NCBI GenBank assembly: GCA_964019335.1
Contig: OZ025752.1
Coordinates: forward strand, 186,001-250,000
Source of the DNA: Diplonema japonicum
Taxonomy: Eukaryota; Protista; Euglenozoa: Diplonemea
DNA: 64,000 nucleotides
Direction of reading: 5' to 3'
This document shows positions 47,366 through 57,586 of the stretch, one piece after another. Within the stretch, counting starts at the first letter, position 1; each line of letters opens with the position of its first letter. The position numbers were made by a program, and so were the translations under genes. Below the pieces are notes generated by a model. The model had not been told where the DNA came from. It was given only the letters and a program-made list of their open reading frames with translations, and ran no database searches.

Positions 47366-49534
47366 ATGTATTCTGGAACATGGAGCTCACCCACGGGTTA
47401 CGCAGGGGGGTACAGCTCACGGTCGCTGTCGCCCACCAGGAGGGAACCCCCGCTGAGCCCTAGCACGCCGATGTCCGGGAGGCACCAAGGGTACGGGTAC
47501 GGGTCCCCGAGGGAGTCGCCAAGGGAATGGTCGCCGATGCCGGCAGAGTCGCCAGCGTCGCCTCGCGTGTCGCAAAGAGAAGCACCAAGAGTGTCTCAAT
47601 CACAACGAGAACTGGTACTCGCGGCGGTGCAGAGGAGGTGGAACGACCCGAATGGGCTTCCAGACGTGGTAAAGGACGTGCAGGCCGCCTTGCTGCTACC
47701 ATCTATGGTATCCAGCATAAGAGTCATTGAAGATGTACTGGGGAAGCCCCTTCCAGCCGACATGATCGAACAGTGCCGTTCCCAAGACCAGCCCCCACCG
47801 TGCTCCAACGGCATGATGTGCCCTTACGTCTCTGAGAGGTCGCATCTCGACAGGTACAGCCATCCCTGCCCAAGGTACTACGACAAAGGGTACTGCAGTC
47901 TTATGGACAACCCGACCCATACGAAGTTCTACAGCCATGGCGATGTGCGCCCCGTTGGGAGCTCGCCCATAGGCGTCCTCGACTCGATGGAAGTAGCTCC
48001 GCTGTCCCAGTCCCCCACTGCCCACACCAGACCCGAGTACACTACCCCTGGCAGTGCTTATTCCGCCTCTGCTGCATATTCCGGTGGGTACCAGTACAAC
48101 ACTCCTATCATGTCGATGTACGGGCTGGATGGTGTCCGTGCGTCGGAGAGCCCAAGGGGGGGCACGTCACCACACACACCTGAGACACCGCCTTCTGCAA
48201 CAAGGTTTGCGGACCAAACACCGCCCATGAAGGCGTGGCAGGACTACCTGGCACTGCTGCAGCAGAAGAACATTATGAGCCTGGTGAACATGTACGGGAA
48301 GGACCCGTACGTGTCGGCGGAACAGAAGACAGAAGGCATGGTGAGGGCGTACAGGGGCACAGCGAACGTGAAACGGTTTTTGATATGGCTCACAAACAGG
48401 ATACGAAATCCTTCTGGTGTGGCGGTGGTGTCCGTGGTTAAGGGAAGGGACCCCAACACAGTGCGAGCGATATGGAAATGCCCGCCGAGCGGGCTGAACA
48501 ACGTGAAGGAGGAGGTAACGTTCAGCTCCGCAGGCGCGATCATCAAACAGACAGTCGTCATCGATTACAAGAAACCCGAGAAGACAACCACCTCCGTGTC
48601 CAAGGTGTTCGTAGACAGAGCACCGCCTGAGCCCTTCTCCAATGACCCGAGGCTGAGAGGTACTCCTTTGACACCAAAGAAGGAGATCAGACCAAGGGTG
48701 TCCACCCCTCCATGCCAGGGTGCCAACTGCAGCAGAGCCTCGCCGACACATTATTCTCGAGCCTCGCCTGTTCCCTACACCCCGCAGCCCACCCCGAAGA
48801 GAACTTATAAGCGTAAGGTGGTGCCTTCGCCTCTGCCTCATAAGGGTGAAGAGAATGTTGAGGCTGCTTTTGACTTTTCTGACCCTGTCGAGAAGCGGGA
48901 GGCGGAGCATGCAGCGACGAGAATCCAAGCTGGCTTTAGGGGGAAGCTTGCTAGGAAGGAGGTACAAGAGCTTCAGGAGCACAACGAACAAACACAAGCT
49001 GCGACCAAAATCCAGGCAAATTTCAGAGGGAAGAAAGCAAGGGTGGGCCTTGAAGAAAAACGAGAAGAAAGAGAACAAGAACAGGCTGCTACAAAAATAC
49101 AGGCCAGCTTCAGAGGAAAAAAGACAAGACGGGAAGTTCAGGAAAAAAGGGATCAGGAACATGAAGAGCAAGAACATGCCGCTACAAAAATACAGGCCAG
49201 CTTCAGAGGGAAGAAAACCAGACGGGAAGTGCAGGAAAAAAGGGATCAGGAACATGAAGAGCAAAGCCATGCTGCTACAAAAATACAGGCCAGTTTCAGA
49301 GGGAAAAAAACTCGGCGGGAAGTGCAGGAAAAAAAGGATCAGGAACATGAAGAGCAAAAGCAGGCTGCTACAAAAATACAGGCCAGTTTCAGAGGGAAGA
49401 AAACTAGGCGGGAGGTGCAGGAAAAAAAGGATCAGGAACATGAAGAGCAAAAGCAGGCTGCTACAAAAATACAGGCCAATTTCAGAGGGAAGAAAGTCAG
49501 GTCGGAATTCGAAAAACACCGAAACGGACTCTAG
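47366..49534 (+). CDS. IQ-motif protein with tandem CCHH (PBZ-like) zinc fingers and NTF2/SnoaL-like domain
   Basis: CSNGMMC..HLDRYSHPCP..GYC..HTKFYSH, AWQDYLALLQQKNIMSLVNMY, and seven AATKIQASFRG motifs. ATG at 47366. Confidence 0.8.
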   Translation: MYSGTWSSPTGYAGGYSSRSLSPTRREPPLSPSTPMSGRHQGYGYGSPRESPREWSPMPAESPASPRVSQREAPRVSQSQRELVLAAVQRRWNDPNGLPDVVKDVQAALLLPSMVSSIRVIEDVLGKPLPADMIEQCRSQDQPPPCSNGMMCPYVSERSHLDRYSHPCPRYYDKGYCSLMDNPTHTKFYSHGDVRPVGSSPIGVLDSMEVAPLSQSPTAHTRPEYTTPGSAYSASAAYSGGYQYNTPIMSMYGLDGVRASESPRGGTSPHTPETPPSATRFADQTPPMKAWQDYLALLQQKNIMSLVNMYGKDPYVSAEQKTEGMVRAYRGTANVKRFLIWLTNRIRNPSGVAVVSVVKGRDPNTVRAIWKCPPSGLNNVKEEVTFSSAGAIIKQTVVIDYKKPEKTTTSVSKVFVDRAPPEPFSNDPRLRGTPLTPKKEIRPRVSTPPCQGANCSRASPTHYSRASPVPYTPQPTPKRTYKRKVVPSPLPHKGEENVEAAFDFSDPVEKREAEHAATRIQAGFRGKLARKEVQELQEHNEQTQAATKIQANFRGKKARVGLEEKREEREQEQAATKIQASFRGKKTRREVQEKRDQEHEEQEHAATKIQASFRGKKTRREVQEKRDQEHEEQSHAATKIQASFRGKKTRREVQEKKDQEHEEQKQAATKIQASFRGKKTRREVQEKKDQEHEEQKQAATKIQANFRGKKVRSEFEKHRNGL
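49070..49500 (+). repeat. 93-bp coding tandem repeat (31-aa IQ unit)
   Basis: Near-identical units of GCTACAAAAATACAGGCCAG(C/T)TTCAGAGG... Confidence 0.9.
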
Positions 49535-49820
49535 TGAGCGATACAAATAGAATGCGAAAAAAAAAAAGGGGAAAAAAAAATTTTTTTTTTTTTATAAACT
49601 AACTCAGCGTTTCTGGGCGAGGAGTATTTTCTTTTTTTTTCTTGTAAAGCCCTTCCACCATTTTTTTTTTTTTTTTTTTTTTTTCCATTTTTGTATTGTA
49701 TGTTATAAAAATATGAAAGAACTTCCTTTCCCCCCCCTTTTTTTTCCCCCCTTCCACCTATATGGTGTGAGGTTGGCCATTAACTGTTTGTTTCAAAAAA
49801 AAAAAAAAAAAAACAGTTTT

Positions 49821-49857
<37 letters not shown>

Positions 49858-50042
49858 CCTCTAGGAAGGAGGGTGTGGGCCGGGGAGGGGACACCACACA
49901 CCACCACCAAACCTGTAACTCATATTTTTTTTTTTCCCCTCTATTTATTAAGTTGATTCCACTTTTTCAAAAAAGAAAAAAAAAAAAAAAAAAAAAACCA
50001 AATAAAGGCAAAATAAACGAAACCCACATGTAAGCTGAAAGT

Positions 50043-50789
50043 ATGAGAAGAGGCACAAGACTCAGAATACGATGGATCTTAGCATTGATAATCGCAGTGA
50101 TGCTGATACCCCTTATAGGGAGCATGTACTCCTGCAGTTCCATACCGGTGATAAAAAGCCCATGTCAAAGCGTGCACAAGGAGAAAACCTTAGTGAAACT
50201 GTGTCTCGGGGAAGGGTGCAGCCCTGATGGGGTATGCAGGAGTGTCCACCGTTGGCAAACAGCAGGGTGGGGCGGCAACGTCACGATTGTCACCGATCAG
50301 CAAAAAATATTCGGGTGTGGGAACACCATAGCTCTGCCTGCCAGTCCGCAAAACGGGCATTTGTGGTGCGACAAACTTGCCTCTCTCATCCACCTTCCTG
50401 GTGACCTACTTTACTCTGATACAGATCTCGTGCCTTCGCAGTGTATTTCCCGGCTGACACCGCCGTCTCCTCACGCGTTGTGTCTCTATCGTGACACGTT
50501 TTGTCTTTCTTGTAACACTTTCAATGCTGGGCTTATTTGGGTCCCCTCCGACTCCTCCGCGCGTTCCATGCTTGCTTCCTGGTACTCCCTGTGCCTGGCC
50601 CACCCTTCGCATGACGATCAGGATACGCTGGATATCCTTCTCGACACCCACCCGCACGCCGCACGAGACATTCGCCCCTTGCCCCGCGAAGTCCGTTACA
50701 TGAGCTCCGTGCTTTGGGCCGCCGTTCCCGGCACCGTGCTGCAGCACTACACCCACTCCGTGAGAACGAGGTGCGGGTTGCTGCCGTAG
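50043..50789 (+). CDS. Type II membrane GT-A nucleotide-diphospho-sugar transferase
   Basis: N-terminal TM anchor, DxD motif (YSDTD), FNAG and DDQ. Confidence 0.75.
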   Translation: MRRGTRLRIRWILALIIAVMLIPLIGSMYSCSSIPVIKSPCQSVHKEKTLVKLCLGEGCSPDGVCRSVHRWQTAGWGGNVTIVTDQQKIFGCGNTIALPASPQNGHLWCDKLASLIHLPGDLLYSDTDLVPSQCISRLTPPSPHALCLYRDTFCLSCNTFNAGLIWVPSDSSARSMLASWYSLCLAHPSHDDQDTLDILLDTHPHAARDIRPLPREVRYMSSVLWAAVPGTVLQHYTHSVRTRCGLLP

Positions 50790-50829
50790 ATTTTGGTTTT
50801 TTTCTTTTTTTTTTTCCCTCCGCCAAAAT

Positions 50830-50874
<45 letters not shown>

Positions 50875-50912
50875 AGAGAAAGAGACATCCCCAGGGCAGG
50901 GTGGGCAAGAGA

Positions 50913-52787
50913 ATGTACCACATATTCTACACTGTGCTATTTGCTGCCTGCTGGTGGTACTTGTCTCCGAAACGCCGGGCAGCACGGAGCATGCTTAAAA
51001 GGCGCTTCACATGGTTCATCAATGTAGACCCAGAGGTGGAGGAATGCACTGCAAGGTACACTGCCAACGGGTGCCGCGTCGCTTTAACAGGCCGGGGGGC
51101 AGGCGAAGGTTCCAGGCCACCTGAGCGGACTGACGAAGTAGACAGGGCCGTGCTGTACATGCCTTGCTCTCACAAAGACATTGAGGAAGCACTTTCAACG
51201 TACCTGAAGCCCTTTGGGCCTGATTTCACCAAGGCCCTGGTGGTCACACGAGCACCATGCCTGGCACAAGGTGTGGATGAGGCTGCAGCTTCATACGGGA
51301 TCACCTGGTACTGCATGCAGAAGGGCGTCAAGGTGGTGCATGTACCACAGGGAGGGTCGCTGCACGAGGCCATCGATGGAGGCGGTTTGTTGTGTGTCTT
51401 GGTTTGGGTGCAGCTGTGCGTCAGGTGGTTGTATTCAGATGCGAAAGGCAGTGAGACCCCGTTGTCACCTGTATCCATGCAGCCACCCACACCAAGGGAG
51501 CAGGAAGTAGCTATTCCACCTTCGCAACCTGCTACCCCTCCCCCGCAGGTGGCGCAGACACCAGCTGGTCTTTTAGAACCAGCACGGCCCATGCTGCTTC
51601 CAAGGAGGTCATCCGGCTGCAGGGGAGTGCAGCGGCCCACGAGATCTCCAAACAGATCTGCAAGCCCTGCCTTTATGACTGCCCCTCCAGGCACGCCTTC
51701 TGTATCTGATGTGGTCTTCATCGATCCGGTTCTACCCGAAGCTGACCCGGTGGAGGTCACGGTGTTGGTTCCGACGGGCCAGCCCGTCCCTCTGGCACCG
51801 TGCAATCCCAACAGGCTGCATGTTGCTGGTGGTAAGAAAATGAAGAAGGTGTACGTGTCTGGCCGTGCTGGGGTTCTGATGAGGGATTTGTGTGGTGCAC
51901 TGACGAACGGGAATGGGTGGTGTGATGTGTCGTGCCTGTCAGATGCGAGGAATGAGGTCTCCGCGGCGAAGACACGAGCAGGACAGCTGCCAACGATAGA
52001 CATCCTGCTGGAGGAGAAAGGCACTGCAGAGCTGATCGTCTACAACTGGAACAAGAGCGACAAGCTGATCCGGCACACGAACAAGAGTGGGTGCTTCGCG
52101 GCCGCGGGAAAACGCGCCACACAGCAGAACCAAAGGGACAAGACTCCCCGCACTGTTCTAGTGAACTGCCTGACATACGCAAGGTGCCTCACATCGAAAT
52201 CGCACTTCCATTTCAAATTCTTGGAAGAAATGGGTCTACAAGACATAGTACCCACCCCTATAACTGTGCTGAGCAGTGATGTGCCGGCATCGGACACAGG
52301 GCTGTGGAGGGTCCTCGGTGGGAATGGTGTCTTCAACAGGCAGGATCTTGCGGACGTGTCCCTCGAAAGGGAGAGGCTCGTGCAGCAGTACGTGGAAGGT
52401 GTCGACATTTGCATCCCAGTCATCATAACACCCCAGTATGAATTTCTTGTGCAAAGGAGCCAAGACTTGCCTCCGAGCCTGATCAGGAGGTGCAATGATA
52501 TCATTAATGTGGTGCTTCTCTCTGCTAAGCCGCACCTCCCTATGTCACGGTGGACCCCGGCACAGGCGATGTGCACCTTCGGTGTTCTTTCTTTTGACTT
52601 CACCATCCCGTTAGGCTCCGATTCGTTGCCTCTCTTGCTCTCCGTCTCCCCGTACACCAACGCTTCCCCTTCCATCCTCGGGGAGCTGTTGAGCCAGATC
52701 GTGCTGCCCTTGTATCACGGGGCGGCACCATGCTCGTCCTCGAAGAGGTTTGAAAAGCTGTGCAATGGGGCGGAGCGGAGGGTTTAG
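50913..52787 (+). CDS. Divergent tubulin-tyrosine-ligase-like (ATP-grasp) protein with N-terminal hydrophobic segments
   Basis: VLVNCL..CLTSK, LVQQYVE, FGVLSFDF and PLLLSVS appear in TTL motif order. ATG at 50913. Confidence 0.6.
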   Translation: MYHIFYTVLFAACWWYLSPKRRAARSMLKRRFTWFINVDPEVEECTARYTANGCRVALTGRGAGEGSRPPERTDEVDRAVLYMPCSHKDIEEALSTYLKPFGPDFTKALVVTRAPCLAQGVDEAAASYGITWYCMQKGVKVVHVPQGGSLHEAIDGGGLLCVLVWVQLCVRWLYSDAKGSETPLSPVSMQPPTPREQEVAIPPSQPATPPPQVAQTPAGLLEPARPMLLPRRSSGCRGVQRPTRSPNRSASPAFMTAPPGTPSVSDVVFIDPVLPEADPVEVTVLVPTGQPVPLAPCNPNRLHVAGGKKMKKVYVSGRAGVLMRDLCGALTNGNGWCDVSCLSDARNEVSAAKTRAGQLPTIDILLEEKGTAELIVYNWNKSDKLIRHTNKSGCFAAAGKRATQQNQRDKTPRTVLVNCLTYARCLTSKSHFHFKFLEEMGLQDIVPTPITVLSSDVPASDTGLWRVLGGNGVFNRQDLADVSLERERLVQQYVEGVDICIPVIITPQYEFLVQRSQDLPPSLIRRCNDIINVVLLSAKPHLPMSRWTPAQAMCTFGVLSFDFTIPLGSDSLPLLLSVSPYTNASPSILGELLSQIVLPLYHGAAPCSSSKRFEKLCNGAERRV

Positions 52788-52970
52788 AAAAATTTAAAAA
52801 AAAAAAAAAAATTTAAAAAAAAAAAAATATGTGTAATTTAGATTATTTTCTTTTTCTTGTAGAAACATTTTTTTTTTTGGACCAGTGATAGCAATCAGTC
52901 ACAAACAAGGCGAAAGCGCACACAAAAACTCAAGAAAAAAAAAGAAAAAAGAAAAAAAAAAAAAAAAACC

Positions 52971-54186
52971 ATGAAAGGCGGCAAAGGCCGGCACGCAGGG
53001 GGTCAGCAAGGACCGCCCACATTCGTGAAGGGGACGGGAAGGAAGAACATGGCAAGGGTGAACCCGTTGGGCGTGGCACCGGAGAGGAAGTATGGGGGGG
53101 GGAAGGGAACGGAAAAGAAAAAAAAGAAACTTCATCGCAGAAAAGAGAACAGAACATTGGGGAGAGCGACCCTAAGGAAGTACATGTTGGGGAAGAAGAA
53201 AGGCGCAATGCTGGATCTGTCCAAGCTGAGCAGCGCACCAGGTGTGTTGGCCTGCGTCCACCGTACGCAAAAACTCACACATCAACGTCAGAACTATCGC
53301 AGCAAACCTGCAATCTGAACAGCAGGCAATTCGTCAACACCGTCCTAGAGATCATAGCAGAGGACTTCCCACCAGTATGTGCACATTCATTCTCCACACC
53401 ACTTCAACACGAAACAATACGCGCCCCCTTGTGAGCATGCGGACCCAGCACCCCCATCGTTCCACCGGCACCTGTGCACTTCCTTGGCAAACCGTTTTTC
53501 GATTTTTTTTTCAAAAAAAATGATTTTGCAATGCTGCGTTAAACCCACCACTTCTGTTGTTATAACCTGTAAGTAGCTCTTGCTCCACCTCCTCAGTCGG
53601 CTTCGCTGGGATTAATCCCCTTCCCCCCACCGCAGTGACGGCAGAGCGATAAAAAGGGCGGTACACTGTTTTGGGCTTCCTTTTTTGCATATTTGAACGA
53701 GGCACCTGGCATGGCATCTGTTATCTTATATACCGTGTTGTCCCCTTGATCTCCGCCTGCTGGCCGCACTTCGAGCAAAGTGATGATATTGTGCACAAAG
53801 ACTACTACTAGTACAGTATATTGATGTGTTGCTGTTTTGTCACGTGGCGCAGGGTCGCTTTGTTGTGGGTCGGCAGGCGCTGCACAAGGTCGAGGAGGCG
53901 GCCCTCGTAAGAGGGGCAGCCTTCACGCGAAGCTGCCCGGCCGTCGCTTCACAGTACCTTCGAAGCTTTTGGTTTCGTTTTTCCTTTTTTTTTTTCTCCT
54001 TTTTTTTTTTTCTCTTTTTTTCGTCCCTCTAAAAAAAAAAAAAAAAAATGCTCTATCGTTCTATTTTTTAAAAATGGGGGTGGATATTTCCGCCCTTTTA
54101 AGAACATCGCCTCTTATATTTTGTGTTTTTTTTTTTGTCCTTATGCTGCAGGCTTTCGTTGAACTTCACATATTAGCTGTCCTCTC

Positions 54187-54218
<32 letters not shown>

Positions 54219-54303
54219 GAACATTTCAATTCAAATAATTTTCTTCAGGTGGTGGATAATGTAATCCTACCCCCTTAGTTGGAAACATAGTCACCTCTCT
54301 TAA

Positions 54304-54348
<45 letters not shown>

Positions 54349-54567
54349 GAACAAGCAAACTTTGATAGTTATTGCACTAAAGAAAAAAAAAAGAGTAGAG
54401 GCAGCTTGTCTGTTTATCCTTACTATAGGTGAAAACAGCTCGCACATCAAAAATAACACAGCCAACTTTTTTTTTTTTAAAGGGTGAGATCCTCAAGTGG
54501 GGTTTGCCCTTAAGCATCGCATCGCCTATTTTTTTCCACTCACCCTGGCCTTGGGGAAAAAAAAATG

Positions 54568-54609
<42 letters not shown>

Positions 54610-55312
54610 AAACAAAAAAAAAAAAAAAAACCCAAAACAAAAAAAAAAAATCCAAAACAAAAAAAAAAAAATGCTCGCAGAAAAAAAAAAATTTGCGAGC
54701 GAGAAAAAAAAAAAAAAAAAACCTTATAAAAACACCCTCCAAAAAAAAAAAAAAAACAAAAAACAAAAAAAATAAATGGGACCTTGGGCATGGGGGTGCA
54801 CACTAACACTCACGACACACTTTTTTTTTATATACTTTTTATCTTCTTTTTCTCTTCTTCTTTCAAGATCGAATCACTAAGCCTGGCCGGAAACAACATC
54901 ACCACCCTTGAATACTTTAAAGCATGTGCGGAAGCACACAACTTGCTGGGTTTCGTCAGAAACCTAGATCTAAGCAACAATAGAATACACAGGTTTGTTT
55001 CAGAAAAAAAAAAAAAAAGAGAAAAAAAAAAATCCCAGTTTCAAAGAAGTGGAACACTTGAAGCCTTTCAAACTATCTGAAATTCTGATGAGGGGCAACC
55101 CTATTGGTATGGGAAAAAAAAAAAAAAAAAACCCGCAGCTACAAACCTCGACGAGTACGCCAAGCGGATCCTAACAAGGTTGCCGACAGTCCAGCTAGTG
55201 GACAGGAACAACGTAGTAGCGCTGAGAACAAGTATCAAACCGAAGCTGCCCCAGGTGAAGGCGTCGTTTTACTTCATGAACGGGACTCAGGTATATATAT
55301 ATATTTCAAAAG

Positions 55313-55352
<40 letters not shown>

Positions 55353-56122
55353 ACCTCGCGTTCAATTTCTGCAACCAGTACTTCAAAGCTCTCGATGAAC
55401 AAAAATTCGAAAGCGATTTACTCGAGGCTTACGCACCTGACAGCCTCTTCACACTGACTATCTCACGCGACCTCGCCATTGGTTACGGAGTCAGGGCGGA
55501 GAGAATACTTAAAACGCTGAGGGAGACCAGCCACAACCTCTGCCAGCTGAAAAACGAAGCCGCCCCTGCAAAGACAGTGGTGAAGGGACGACTCTACTGT
55601 TTGAACGTTTTAAGGGAGAAGGTGTACGGTGGCATGAAGACCGCCCACGAGCTGTCCTTATTTAACGTAGACAGTGTGCAGTTGCAAGCTTCCTTAACAA
55701 CCCCCACAGTGGTTGTGACCATACATGGGGTTTGCGAGTTTAGTGTTTCGATGAACACGGCTGGAGGTGGGAAGGAGTGCAAGTTTAAACGGTGCTTCGA
55801 TCGCACCTTTGTTCTACAGGCATCTCCGCCCAACTCCAGCTGGCCTGCTGTCATCACTAACGAAACCTTGCATCTTCGTCCCTTCAAAGACCCACCTGTC
55901 ATGAAGGAGGGCTCTGATCCTGATCAGCCGCCAGATCTTGAGAAGGCCAAGCATATCGCATTGACTAAGATAGTCTCGGAAACGACAAATTTAACCCTTG
56001 AATACGCGGAAATGTGCCTTCAAGCAGCGGATTGGGACCCCACAGTCGCGCAGCAGTTGTTTTTGCAACAGAAAGACGGTCTCCCCCCCAATGCGTGGAA
56101 GGATGGGGTCAAGCCGAATTGA
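52971..56122 (+). CDS. NXF1: mRNA export receptor NXF1/Mex67 (LRR, NTF2-like, TAP-C/UBA); 7 exons
   Basis: LDLSKL..P, IESLSLAGN, LDLSNNRI, MRGNPI, FCNQYF..LLEAY..SLFTL, RCFDRTFVL..ITNETL, and TNLTLEYAEMCL..DWD..LPPNAW. Introns 53090-53140, 53242-~54690, 54796-54867, 54993-55038, 55107-55138, 55291-55351. Exon 3 is A-corrupted. Confidence 0.88.
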
Positions 56123-56523
56123 GTTGGAAAAGGGGGAAAAAAAAAAAGGTTCGCGATCATATTTTTTTTTTTTTTTCAGCCCTCCTATTTTTTTTTTTTT
56201 TTTTGTATTGTATTGCGCCCTTACCCCCTTTTTTTTTTATCCCCTCCCTTTCTCTCTTTTTTTTTTTATTTGTGGCATCCAGAAGAAAAATCTGGACGAC
56301 AAGAAAATGGGGGGAGGGGGAGGGGGGATGGAATAGTTGAAAAAGAAAAAAAAAGGGGGGGAGAGGAGGAAAAGGGGGGGCTTTTTTTTTTATGGATATA
56401 TATTCTGGCAGTTTTTTTTTTATCTGGCCAACTATTATTTTTTTTTATTCTCATTTCTTTTTTTCTTTCCCCCCCCCCCCCCATTCTCCCTCCCTCAAAG
56501 GACATCAAAAAAAAAAAGGAACC

Positions 56524-57438
56524 ATGGGTCTAAGCAGCGAAGAAGCTGTGAGATATGACAGACAAGTGAGACTATGGGGCGTGGAGGCACAAATGCGGAT
56601 GATGAAGAGCAGGGTAGCGATAGTAAACATGGGCGGCCTTGGCACGGAGATAGCCAAGAATCTGGTTTTGGGAGGAGTGGGGGCGCTTACGGTAGTGGAC
56701 AAAAGGAACGTATCAGAGGCAGACCTAGGGGTGAACTTTCTACTAGAAGTCAAAGACATCGAGAAGGGTGTGGCAGAATGCAGCGTCGCACCTCTTAAGG
56801 CAATGAACAGCCTAGTCGATCTAACACCAGCGAGGGCCATCCCAGAAGACATTTCACAGTTTACGTGTATTGTGGCAACAAACATGGAGAAGAAAGATGC
56901 CGTTGATCTGTCAAAAAAATGCCGAGCGGCCAATGTAGCATTCCTAGCGTGCAACTCATATGGGATGCTGACCTTCTCCTTCTCCGACTTGGGGGAGAAC
57001 TTCACGGTGTCGATCGAGGACCCGACGGATAAATCTGTGAAAAGAAAAATGAGTTTCTCCTTCACACCATTGTCGCAAGTTGTGTGTGATGGTTGTGACT
57101 GGGCTAAATCCCGGCCCCTCCCAAGCTTCATTCAGATCCAGGTTCTATGGGAGTCTGGTGTGTCGCTCTCCACCCCCGTCCCTGAGGCAGCTGCGCTGCT
57201 CGCATCTGCTTCCAAAACCCTAGCTTCCCGGCATTTCATAGCTGAGCTTCCTTCTGACACCATTGCCAGCCTTGCGCGGTCTTGTGTTGGTGACTTCCCC
57301 CCTGTCTCCGCGGTGGCGGGCGGTGTCTACGCACAGGAGGTCCTGAAGGTCCTGCATCTCAACGCAAAGCCCATCAACAACTTCTTTGTTTACGACGGCC
57401 TGCAGGAGAGCAAAGGGTACGCCGAGAAGATCGGGTAG
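56524..57438 (+). CDS. SAE1: SUMO-activating enzyme subunit 1 (AOS1/SAE1)
   Basis: YDRQVRLWGVEAQ, GLGTEIAKNLVLGG, PVSAVAGGVYAQEVLK and PINNFFVYDG in a ~304-aa protein. Confidence 0.88.
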   Translation: MGLSSEEAVRYDRQVRLWGVEAQMRMMKSRVAIVNMGGLGTEIAKNLVLGGVGALTVVDKRNVSEADLGVNFLLEVKDIEKGVAECSVAPLKAMNSLVDLTPARAIPEDISQFTCIVATNMEKKDAVDLSKKCRAANVAFLACNSYGMLTFSFSDLGENFTVSIEDPTDKSVKRKMSFSFTPLSQVVCDGCDWAKSRPLPSFIQIQVLWESGVSLSTPVPEAAALLASASKTLASRHFIAELPSDTIASLARSCVGDFPPVSAVAGGVYAQEVLKVLHLNAKPINNFFVYDGLQESKGYAEKIG

Positions 57439-57465
57439 GACACCGTACATTATTAATAAGAAACA

Positions 57466-57496
<31 letters not shown>

Positions 57497-57507
57497 GAGT
57501 GTGTTTT

Positions 57508-57538
<31 letters not shown>

Positions 57539-57586
57539 AATGAAATCTGCCCCCTTCACCTTATTAAGGGAAAGAAAGGATAAGCT

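Noticed and set aside
48167-49550. 459-aa antisense and 276-aa shifted ORFs, or a CRISPR-like array
   Set aside because: By-products of the coding IQ tandem repeat, with no unique spacers and no cas genes.
53781-53880. C/D snoRNA starting at TGATGA
   Set aside because: No CTGA D box at a suitable distance.
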